The translations under genes and the position numbers were made by a program. Below are positions 36,270 to 48,399 of a stretch of DNA of 64,000 bases, piece after piece; within the stretch, counting starts at the first letter, position 1, and every line of letters starts with the position of its first letter. Location of the stretch: contig NC_134027.1 of assembly GCF_964204645.1 (NCBI RefSeq), forward strand, positions 27,676,560 to 27,740,559, written 5' to 3'. This stretch comes from Tubulanus polymorphus (lineage: Eukaryota > Animalia > Nemertea). The notes beneath the pieces were generated by a model. That model was not told the origin of the DNA. It was given only the letters and a program-made list of their open reading frames with translations, and did not search any database.

Positions 36270-39200
36270 TCATTTGTAAACTGGTTTTAAATTCAGATGG
36301 AAATTACGACTTGGTTTCGCCGGTGCCGCTGATGAGTCATCAATTGTTGGTCGTTTTCGACGTTGTTTATGAACAGACGTACGACTTGCTCGTACTATAC
36401 TCACTATCATCGATTTACACTCTTTACAAATCGTCATCTGAGGACCTTTTAAATTAGGATTGATTTGTTGTGGTTTTGTGGAGACAGTAGTTTGAGCTCG
36501 TTGGAACCGGGTACGCCTGTGTTCTGCTCCTCCTCCTCCTGCTCCTCCTCCTCCGGTTGGTGTACTCGTTTTAGGCGGTGTTTTATTTTGAACTGTTTTC
36601 AATGCTATCACAGGAGAAGATGGACACGAACCAGTCCTAGAAAATACAACAACTCTGTGCAGTTTACTGTGGCAAGTGAGGTGTCGCTAGTGTGCAGTAG
36701 GACATCAACTAAAAATGCAGCAAAAGAAGATTCCGCTTGTGGCAATAGAGGATCCTCCAGGTGTCATTAGTGTGAAGTAGGACATTCTATTCCATCTCTG
36801 TTGAATGTGCACTCCTTCCCCTCCCCAAACACAAATTCTAAATTGATTAAATTTCCCATAAACTTCATGATAAGCGCTCCTGAGTGTTTGTTAAAATACT
36901 CACATATCATTCAATAATTGCTGTTCGGTGTTTGGTGACATCGGACTCGGACTCAATGTGTAAACAGGAATATTCTCAAAATGTTCAGTCGGTATGTGCA
37001 TCTAAAATAAACAGTATTCCGGTGAAGCTCTCAGTCAGTCAGACCGATATAATCAACAGAAATAGGAAATACTGATCTTACCTTCCTGCAGCATCGATTA
37101 CAAATAGTTCTCTTACAGAATTTACATTTAGTTCCCCATTCTCCGAACAAAGTGAATCGAGTCAATTTACAATTAAAACAGATCTAGAAAAATAACGAAT
37201 CATTAAATAAACTCAATGTCATTCTGATAAATAGATAATATTGATTGATTATCGTTGAGCTACCTTTGATTTTTCCACTAGTTTATACAACTCTGCGTCT
37301 ACTATTAAACTTTCCAACTCTGCTTTAGTTAAAACGTTTCTGATATGCATAACTTCCTCGACTGTTAGAGACAAACACTGTAGCGGATCTTTAAATTTAG
37401 ACTACAAGAAACAAAACAAAACGACACCAAATTTTAAAACATTTTATCAAATTGTTCAGCCTTTTGTTCTAACGCGATATTCATGCAATAGAAACAAGCT
37501 GACATCAGATCTGATCAATTCAAAGATATTTGTTTAACACAAAATGCCATCCCTCGAAGAATTTAGGACCAAAAAGATCTGACTTGAGAGGAGTCAACAG
37601 CCAAAGTCTGTTATAACGATGCTATCTATTTCAATGCCAGTGTTTAGTTCAAGCTAACATTCCTCTGGGAACAAATCATGCAAAATCTCACTCAAATTCT
37701 ATGAAAATATTATTCATCGGCGATCATTATAATCCAGTGTCCCAGGTACTCGTAATAATGAGGTTCCATCGTCAATTTCTCTAAAACTTGTTATAATTCC
37801 ATATTTATCTTGAACTCGATTGCGAGTATTACTGCTGTATAGTTTATAAAACTGAACTAATTTCATTAATAAAACTCACACAAACAATCATTAATAAATA
37901 AAGATATTAGTAATAAACGAACATACTTACATTAGGAGAGGATGAGATATTGAGAATGTTAGGTGGTGAATGTTTAGCAGTCCACGGAACTCCATGCGGA
38001 TCAATAAAATCATCGGTTTCATCACGTTTTGTTTCACCGAATAATAATAAAGGACTCAATACCTTATATGGGTATGAAGCAGCAGCAGCAGATACAGGTG
38101 ATTGACAAACTGTTATACTGTGCCTGCGTTCTGGGCCACTGTTCAATTTTCTCTCTTCGGTAGCTAAATCTAAAGTGACTGCAAACAGAGAAATTAAAGA
38201 ATCTACAATCAGTCATCACAGGAGTCATGTAGCTGCCAGTCAGTCATCACAGGAGTCATGTAGCTGCCAGTCAGTCATCACAGGAGTCATGTATCTACAA
38301 TCAGTCATCAGGGGAGTCATGTATCTACAATCAGTCATCAGGGGAGTCATGTATCTACAATCAGTCATCAGGGGAGTCATGTATCTACAATCAGTCATCA
38401 GGGGAGTCATGTATCTACAATCAGTCATCAGGGGAGTCATGTATCTGCAGTCAGTCATCAGGGGAGTCATGTATCTGCAGTCAGTCATCAGGGGAGTCAT
38501 GTATCTGCAGTCAGTCATCAGGGGAGTCATGTATCTACAATCAGTCATCAGGGAGTCATGTATCTGCAGTCAGTCATCAAGGGATTCATTTATCTGCAGT
38601 CAGTCATTAGGGGAGTCATGTATCTGCAGTCAGTCATCAGGGGAGTCATGTATCTGCAGTCAGTCATCAGGGGAGTCATGTATCTGCAGTCAGTCATCAC
38701 GAAAGTCCTGTGAAATACCCTATTATTGAGGCATTAACTCAACACAGAAATCATTGCTATTTTTGAGTCTCAATTTATACTGCTAATTCAATTAACTATT
38801 AGTATAAGTCATTATTTGGATCAGATATTAACACAATGATTGACTTAAACAGTCAATGATTTTCTCAGTATTTCATCGAATTATGATTAACGAGATTTAG
38901 TTGAGGTAAAAATTATATGATTGATTGTGATATACCTCGTTTTTGCCAGGATTGTAAATGTTGTTGATTTGTATCTGGTGTTATCGGTGATAACTGTACA
39001 ACATTAGCGGGTGACACGTGAACGCGATTCTTTATTTCCTCATCTTCATCTTCAGACATTTCATCATCATCCTGAAATAAACCACGCATACAATTTAAAC
39101 ACGTGTTCTCAAACGGATGAAATTAACCATAGACAATTTAAACACACCTTCTAAAACGGAGGAAATTAACCATACACAATTTAAACACGTGTTCTAAAAC

Positions 39201-42200
39201 GGATGAAATTAACCATAGACAATTTAAACACGCGTTCTCAAACGGATTAAATTAACCATACACAATTTAAACACGTGTTCTCAAACGGATGAAATTAACC
39301 ATACACAATTTAAACACGTGTTCTCAAACGGATGAAATTAACCATACACAATTTAAACACGTGTTCTCAAACGGATGAAATTAACCATACACAATTTAAA
39401 CACGCGTTCTATAACGGATGAAATTAACCATACACAATTTAAACACGCGTTCTCAAACGGATGAAATTAACCATACACAATTTAAACACGCGTTCTAAAA
39501 CGAATGAATGACGTGTAAAACATGAATCTCACTTACGCTGTAACTACTCAACAAATTGAAATCAGCTTTGATTAATTTTCTCGTCGGTGTCGGCGTTAAA
39601 CCGTCCTCAAATAGTTTCGTCCTCGACGTTTCAACTGAAATATATAAATAAAACTTCTGAATGAATTTACATGGAAGAAACAGAGCTGTTTATGAGAACA
39701 AGGATTAAAGAGACAGTAACAGATTCTACAGTTCATTTCTAAATCAAATAGTATTCATTTCAAGTTATATTCAGTGATTACTGGTGAGCAGCGATACCGT
39801 ACTGGTAGCAGCGATACCGTACTGGTACTGCAGCAGCGATACCGTACTGGTACTGCAGCAGCGATACCGTACTGGTACTGCAGCAGCGATACTGTACTGG
39901 TACTGCAGCAGCGATACCGTACTGGTACTGCAGCAGCGATACCGTACTGGTACTGCAGCAGCGATACTGTACTGGTACTGCAGCAGCGATACTGTACTGG
40001 TACTGCAGCAGCGATACTGTACTGGTACTGCAGCAGCGATACCGTACTGGTACTGCAGCAGCGATACCGTACTGGTAGCAGCGATACCGTACTGGTACTG
40101 CAGCAGCGATACCGTACTGGTACTGCAGCAGCGATACCGTACTGGTACTGCAGCAGCGATACTGTACTGGTACTGCAGCAGCGATACTGTACTGGTACTG
40201 CAGCAGCGATACTGTACTGGTACTGCAGCAGCGATACTGTACTGGTACTGTAGCAGCGATACCGTACTGGTACTGCAGCAGCGATACCGTACTGGTACTG
40301 CAGCAGCGATACCGTACTGGTACTGCAGCAGCGATACCGTACTGGTACTGCAGCAGCGATACTGTACTGGTACTGCAGCAGCGATACTGTACTGGTACTG
40401 CAGCAGCGATACTGTACTGGTACTGCAGCAGCGATACTGTACTGGTACTGCAGCAGCGATACTGTTACATGTATAGTATTATAGCAGACACAGTCAGGGT
40501 TTATAGTCGTACAGGCTGAGACAAAGTAAACCGTTTTAACGCTCTTTTTGATTGTAAAAGTCAGCACTTTTTAAGCATCTTGTAGACTGACTATGAACCC
40601 TGTCGGTAGAGTGTAGAGTTAAATTGTTAATTCTTACTACTAAAATTAGATGATTAACACCATGAACCCAGGGGAAGGTGTACAGTGCTCGAACCTCTCC
40701 GATTAAAGTCAGGGGAAGGTGTACAATACTCTAACCTCTCTGATTAAAGTCAGGGGAAGGTGTACAATACTGTAACCTCTCCGATTAAAGTCAGGGGAAG
40801 GTGAACAGTCGGCTATTGAAACCAAAACCCGATTATATAGTAGAAATTAAAATAGAAACTGTTTTAATTAATAATCATAAATCACCCGAGCTTTTTACAG
40901 GTTCTCGCAGGCCTGAAATGGAATAATTATCACTGTATATATGAAACACTAGTGACAGACGTGATAAATCTCTCATCATTACCTCCTGATATTGTATTCC
41001 TTCTTTGTAAATCACCTTTATAAATTACATACAAATAAACATTAAAATATTGAAACAAAAATAAATGAATTCACAACAAAAACTGAATCAAGAGAATCTT
41101 GAGATTTTACCGTAAGCGGTCGGTTTGAGTTGACGATGTTCACCGGCTGACCCTCGAATAGCTTCCATTAACTCCTCGCGAGGATCAAAATCACGTTTTG
41201 GAGGAGACTTCAACACTCGGTCTTTAGCCTGACAAAATATCATGACTCATCGTCAAAATAAAAGCCATGATTTATAGGTGTGTGATTGATACCGGTTCTT
41301 ACTGGATGTAACGGAGGTCTAGTACTTACCGGATGTAACGGAGGTCTAGATCTTATAAACTCTAATATCACTGCGTGCGCATCTTCTTTTACTTTAGCCG
41401 GCAATTTACTAGTTTCAATCTGTAGAATAAATCAGTAAGATTATTCTTTATTCAGAGGGAAGGAAGGAGGTAGAAGGGGAGGTAGGGAGGAGGGCATCCT
41501 CCCGTGGCAGGGATTTGATGGCATCGAGACTCATCACGGTATGAAACCCTGCCACTCTAGACCGAGTGCGCAGCTACATGCACAGCTTAGATGATGTCAT
41601 TATTTGCAATCAGATATCCCGCTTTATTTCAGCACAGGTTTTCCCATTTATAGTTCTTTTGTGAAATTTGCACAAGCGATTATACAACGAGCAATCTGAT
41701 TGGTGCCGCAAGTTTTCGTGCGGTAAAGCTGCGCATGTACCTGCGCACCCGGTCTAGTGTGGCAGGGGCCTTCATGCCGTGGCTGAGTGTAGCAAGTGAT
41801 GTCATCAGGTTGGAATCCCTGCCATGGAGGATGGATAGGGAGGTAGGGTGGTAGGATGGATAGGGAGGTAGTAGGGAGGGTGCCAGGATGGATAGGGAGG
41901 TAGGATAGATAGGGAGGTAGGAGGGAAGGTAGTAGGGAGGGTGGTAGGATGGATAGGGAGGTAGAAGGGAGGGTGGTAGTAGGGAGGGTGGTAAAATGGA
42001 TAGGGAGGTAGTAGGGAGGGTGGTAGGATGGATAGGGAGGTAGAAGGGAGGGTGGGAGGGAGGGTGGTAGGATGGATAGGGAGGTAGGAGGGAAGGTGGA
42101 AGGAGGGTTGTAGGATGGATAGGGAGGTAGTAGGGAGGGTGGTAAAATGGATAGGGAGGTAGTAGGGAGGGAGGTGGGAGGTAGGTATAATTTACCTGTA

Positions 42201-45200
42201 CTTTATTCAGTCTATATCTCCTGTATCTAATATCCTCCATTAACATCTCATAAGGCGTTAACTCATACTCTATAGACTGTGAATAATGATTTTGAGTTTT
42301 TTTGAGTTGAATTCCGGTTCTCATCTGTTTCAATACTTGAATCCATATTCGAGCCTATAATTAATCATCATAATTATAATTAACTAATCATAGATAACAG
42401 TGATGATGATGATGAACTCAATATCTGTATATTGATTGACTAATTATGTCTATTTCAACTCGGTTTGAAGGGACATCAAGTGGCCTAACTCATGTCAGTT
42501 TCAGTAGTACATATACCTGATATAGCTCGGTTTGAAGGGACATCAAGTGGCCTAACTCATGTCAGTTTCAGTAGTACATATACCTGATATAGCTCGGTTT
42601 GAAGGGACATCAAGTGGCCTAACTCATGTCAGTTTCAGTAGTATATATACCTGATATAGCTCGGTTTGAAGGGACATCAAGTGGCCTAACTCATGTCAGT
42701 TTCAGTAGTACATATACCTGATATAGCTCGGTTTGAAGGGACATCAAGTGGCCTAACTCATGTCAGTTTCAGTAGTACATATACCTGATATAGCTCGGTT
42801 TGAAGGGACATCAAGTGGCCTAACTCATGTCAGTTTCAGTAGTACATATACCTGATATAGCTCGGTTTGAAGGGACATCAAGTGGCCTAACTCATGTCAG
42901 TTTCAGTAGTACATACCTGTAGCTATCGGGTCTGGTATGTTGTACTCATAAAACTGACTGTTATATTGAAATAGAATAAGGACTATTGAGTCCACTGGGA
43001 GTCATGACCGGTATAATCATATTGATTGAGTATTTTAAGATCCGATGATTGGACTTTATTGATTGATTCTTTAAGATCTGATGATCTATGATGTGACTCT
43101 ATTGATTGAGTCTGTACCCTGTAATCAAATTCTTACCCAATCAACTCTTTCCAGATCTTCTAATTGTTTTTCCTCGTCTCGAACTTTTTCTTCGTTAAAC
43201 GATATTTTCTCGAGGAACGTCACTAATTCCTCAGCCTCGCTCACTAACGCTCGACATACAGCTCTATAGTGTGAATCACTGTCATCAGGTAAATGTCTAC
43301 GACAAACCTATAATAGATACACATAGACAGTGACAACAGACACCACAGGGAGGGAGGGGTCTCGAGGAAACTGCTGCAGCACTCACAGAAAACATACTTT
43401 TTAAAACTGATCTATTTTTGAAGTATTATTCTACTAGCTGCAGACTGCACACAGATATATTCAGCCAGATGAGTCCTCCCATCCCCCGTCTAGCTGATAT
43501 AATACTGTATCAGTGATTGAATAGATATAATAGTAAATTCTCCCGGGGACCCCCCCCCCTGTTAATGATATATGTAATACAGTATCTAATAGAAAACAGT
43601 AATTTCTAGTAATTGATCAGCAAAACAACAATCGCTATAATTACACATCTATCAACAGTATTTATATATCACATGACCAGTAAAATAATGTATAAAATTA
43701 CTCTCAATTACGGACAACAAACAACGCAAAAATAGATCAGATAAAAACATCGCGCAGTTGTTTTACCGTAACAGAACACCAGTCCAAAGTTAGTTAGGTT
43801 TATATAGAACCGAAATGAGCTTAGACTGGTCTTAAGTTGTTAGATTGTTTATAGAACAAGAATGTGACTGTGAAACTGGAACCAATTAATTTTACCTTCA
43901 AAACATCATTTAAAGTGAATGAATTCTGATTAATTGAATCATTTTCGATTCCTTCATCGTCGATTCCATCCGTTGATTCAGAGTGTTTCGACGAATCGGT
44001 CATTTTTAAGATGATTTCCTCGAGTTGTGAACTCAGTGAATGTTCCTCAGTCGCTTGTAAACCGTAGTCTAAAGCTCTGTATATCACAACTCCGAGAGAT
44101 TCCAATAACTGAAATAAACACGACTCCACATCATCCACCAGGTGTCACTAGTGTGCAGTAGGCACTAGAACATCAACAGTTTATGATCACGCCACAAGTG
44201 GAATCCACTATTGTCGCAGTAGTTGACAATAGAGGATTCCACATTTGTGGTATGAAAATCCACCAGGTGTCGCTAGTGTGCAGTAGGCCCACAATGCCGG
44301 ATTTTTACTCAGATTCAATTAAAATCAACCCATAATTTTCTAAAATTCAATTGAATGAATGGATTGGGAATGAGAAACCAGTGAAGGGGGGGGGGGGGGG
44401 GTAGAGAAGGTTGTTTCCGCGGAGAGAAGTAAAACTTAACCATTCAAATCATTTCTCAATTCTCTGATTTATAAACTATCATAGTATAATGAACTTGAGG
44501 AGGTAAGTTGTAATAGTTCATGTTAATAAAACTGTCTCTCACCAAATCATTATACAAACACTCTGAAAATATATCAGACTTATGAATCAATCTCAAACAT
44601 CTCTGACAGAGAAACAGGACCCGATACCGATCTTACATATGCTCCCTCCCTGTAGCCTCTCTCACACCCTCCCCCACAGTAGCCTCTCTCACACCCTCCC
44701 CCCACAGTAGCCTCTCAACCCCCTCAAGCCTGTAGCCTCTCTCACCCTCTCCCCCCACAGTAGCCTCTCTCACCCGCTACACACTTTGTAGCTAATTTAC
44801 CTGTGATTCTGTCTCTGCCAAATCTGAAAATACAAAACAGAACAATAGAAAAACAAAAAAAGAAATGAATTTAGGCCTACAAGTGGAATGAACAGTGATA
44901 AACTGTGTCTGTTGTGAAGAATGCGTGTCTGGTGTATCGTCTGGGGGGGTCAGAAGCTCAGCTCATTATCAATCCTGCACATTTGTTATCATGAAACACA
45001 ATTACCCATGAATTTGATGGAAGGGATCTAATGTTTTTGTAATCAATCAACTTGTTGTTCATAAAAATGAAATCAGTCAGACACAAACACAGATGAGTCA
45101 CCACACAGGAATTGTACGGTACTCCTCCCTGTTGTGTTGTTACCCTACTCAGCCCTCCTCTAACCCTGTATCCCTCACTGACCTCTCTCTACCCCTCCCT

Positions 45201-45506
45201 ACCTCCTCTTAACCTCTACCGATATACCATCTTACCTGTACAATCTCGAGCAGTCGTAGAAATGTGTCCATCTTTATGAATAAAAACTGATTGTAATCCG
45301 TTTAAACAGTAACACTGACTGGCGCCCTGTTCCACACCGTCCTCCCCGCTCCCTCCGCCCTTCACACAGTTCCATCTGTCTGATAAATAATACGCGCACT
45401 CGTAACAAACAGCCCAGGCCTGTTCCTCATTGATAGGAGCATTAAATACTTCAACTATCTCACTTAAAAGTCTTCCATCAGTATCATTACCGCTACCGGC
45501 CGCCAT
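36270..45506 (-). CDS. SPIRE: Protein Spire (KIND, 4x WH2, Spir-box, FYVE-type zinc finger); ~763 aa
   Basis: 16 in-phase exons: 45236-45506, 44801-44823, 43896-44108, 43137-43307, 42196-42354, 41330-41419, 41111-41228, 40983-41015, 40886-40912, 39537-39634, 38936-39071, 37931-38178, 37264-37401, 37082-37183, 36904-37001, 36270-36636. Motifs [79 protein letters not shown]...[12 protein letters not shown]. Confidence 0.95.
38203..38702. repeat. 30-bp minisatellite in Spire intron
   Basis: tcagtcatcaggggagtcatgtatctacaa, about 16 copies. Confidence 0.93.
39085..39505. repeat. ~45-bp minisatellite in Spire intron
   Basis: catacacaatttaaacacgtgttctcaaacggatgaaattaac, about 9 copies. Confidence 0.92.
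39788..40465. repeat. 24-bp minisatellite in Spire intron
   Basis: gcagcgataccgtactggtactgca, about 28 copies. Confidence 0.95.
41497..41830. mobile_element. Foldback/MITE-like element with ~90-100-bp imperfect terminal inverted repeats
   Basis: cctcccgtggcagggatt...cctgccactctagaccgagtgcgcagctacatgcacagctt is inverted relative to aagctgcgcatgtacctgcgcacccggtctagtgtggcagg...aatccctgccatggagg. Confidence 0.7.
42459..42917. repeat. ~68-bp minisatellite in Spire intron
   Basis: About 7 near-identical copies. Confidence 0.93.
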
Positions 45507-47592
45507 CTTTATTATTATTTCAATACATACGACATACAACGTACGACTTACAACATACACTAAACCGACATACAACTTACAACATACAACAAATTCAAAA
45601 TTACTTTATTTAATTCAATTAATAATTTATTGATGTGCCGTCCGGCGTGGTGCCGATTCAAAGATGTGTAAAATAAAGGGATCAACTTGATCCAAACCCA
45701 AAACATTCAAACCCGCAGTGTGTGTCATCATCAGGTAGGCCAAGACTATTAGGGCTCACTAATCAGATGCCGCAACGGGTGTCCCGGGACGCATTTCAGG
45801 GGTCCATCCCTTCATTTTTCCCTTCATGTGGAAAATGCAGTGAAATTGACTCATTCTGAAACTGAGGGCCGAGAACCCCTCATGCGTCGCCCGCATCGCG
45901 GCCTGCGAGCCAACCCGGCACAAATTTTTCCCGGCACCACTCCCTGAACGATATTCTATTTTCATCTTTTGAACTGAATGACGAAAATAGGTCAGTGCGT
46001 TTTAAGGCTACACCAGAAATTCTGAATTTTTGGCCTAAGTCGAAGTGACCTGCATTTACTGGCGACAATTCAATAGTGGATTTAAATATTGTATAAAGTT
46101 AATAGTGAATATTGTAAGTTTGACGGAAATCCTCCAATGACCTGTTTCGGTTATAATAGACGAATAATGCGTAATATGAAACGCATCACTATGTGACAGA
46201 TACTTGGTCGATATCAGAGGTGCATCCAGCGTGAGCCCCGTCATTCCGCAGTAGACAGACCAGCAGTGCGCCGTGGTGTCTACAGTAGAGAGAGAGGAGT
46301 GTCGCGGAGACCAGCAGTGCACGTGGTGCCTATAGTACAGAGAGGAGTCTCGTGGAAGATATCGTCAAAAACAAGGCAGAAAAAAGGAACTCACAATATC
46401 TGAACTTGACAGCCGCAGTTTTGAAACCAGGAGACGAGATGGAAAGATACAATGATAGTCGTTACCCGAGACATCACTTCTTGGGTATGTTAATATTATA
46501 GGTATACGATACTTGTTACTGTTGGTTTATTTTCTCGAGTCGGCTGATATAAATTCACGTAAAAACCAATTAGTAAATCAATGAAAAGAGCGTCCTGTGA
46601 AATCATTTGGATACCCGGTATTCATTAGATACCGGTATCGGATTTTCTAAGTTTTCTAACCTTTTCACTCGTGTTTCTGGATTGGTAAATATTAGAATAT
46701 GGAGAACAAGAAACCAACATTTCATCACCGGTAGTTACTAAGTATCACAGTTGTATAGGTAAAACAATTATCGATTCTCCTATTCTTTCAGGGAGGTTAT
46801 CTTCAGAAGGACCGAGCAACTGAAAATCTCTTCAACACAGCACCGAAATTTCAGAGAGTTTGAAACCAGGCAGCAAGAAGAAGATACTAAACCCCGGCCC
46901 GCTTAGACGTCACTTCTGAGGTTTGTTATACATGTACTATATTATATATTGTGGATACCGTGAATAGAATATAAAATGCATTATTAGGAAATCAATGAAA
47001 TAACGTATTGATATTGTTTATTTCTGGATGAATTGAAGTTACCTAAATGAACATTATACATAGAAAAAATAATTTACAATATATAATAGTCTATAATGAG
47101 TTATTAACATTTCCAATACAACAGCAAGGATGCCAAAAGAAACCTAAAGCTTGTAAAAATGATAACATTAGATAGATTATGAAAAAATGAATATAACTGC
47201 CTGATTCATTCATCCATATCATCATGATGATCTTTTCTCCTTATAACCTGACTTGGAACAGATGCTGCACGAATTTCTCTGCGCTGCATTTCTAGTTAAA
47301 CGGTGATATTCTTGTAAATGTTCTTCGAATCTTCCCTGAATTTCGATCTCGCAAAATACAGAAAATCCCATCATATTTGGTATCACTGCTGACTTGCTAG
47401 TACGCGGGATATTTCACTTGGAGGAGGAGTTAATACACTTTATTTGTATCCTTAATTAATCTTCCTTGACTCTTGTAGCCAGGTACCCTTATAGTTTTAC
47501 CAATATAGGCTGTGTTTATAAAACGAGATAAATCCCACAATAATGAAGCCAAAATTGTAAAGTTCTATATTAAAATGATTATATTTGAGGAG

Positions 47593-47630
47593 CAACGTTT
47601 CGGCTAAATGCTATTAGGCATCATCAGGCG
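47593..47630 (-). ncRNA. Penelope-type minimal hammerhead ribozyme-like motif
   Basis: Minus strand: gcCTGATGA-tgcctaatagcatttagcc-GAAACGTTgc. Confidence 0.5.
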
Positions 47631-47715
47631 TACTGTGTTTATTCAGTCACGGGGTGGTTTTCTGAGGTATAAAAATATATCAATAGTAAATGAATAAATG
47701 AAACATCAGCTTCAT

Positions 47716-47756
<41 letters not shown>

Positions 47757-48399
47757 CTGCGTGATTCATTCGACCACTAGTTTCCATTGCTTTACTTTAT
47801 TTAAGCTTTAATAAATAATTATTTACTTAAAATTTGACAAACTCTTAGTTTTTACCGCGCGTCTCGGACACGTGTTTATACAATATATAGTTATATCTCA
47901 TATAGACACAGAAATGCGTATTAACGCAGAAGTTACAGAGGATGATCAGTTGATTCGTCTCTAATTCATTACTTTCAACGGTTTTTATCTCGTACTGTTT
48001 ATATATAGAGTAATACAGACTATTGATGACGATTGAGTTTTTATACGATCGCATCACATTTTGCGTATCGCAGAGTCTGATAGATATGAATTTGAAGAAC
48101 AATTTTACCTCATTTTACTTTCTCCGGCTGAAAACAGCGTGAAACTCGCCAACGACTTCTAACTCGTTTTTCTTGGTGGTATATCTGGCATCATTTCGAT
48201 GCAGTCCATGTTTGTAGATATTCAATCGCAGTTCCTTCAGGTGCCTGGTTTAAGCATCTAGTCAATATGAATCGATGCGGTTAAGACTGGAATATTGAAC
48301 TTCTGATGAACGCTAGAAATAAGATATATAAATATATTATTTAAAACCACATTCATTCAACCAACCACACCGTCTATTGATTTACTTTCACTTGGCTTT

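Noticed and set aside
47845-48102. 85-aa ORF with CxxC as a separate gene
   Set aside because: AT-rich, no ATG start or recognisable family; at most a terminal exon remnant of the adjacent unknown gene
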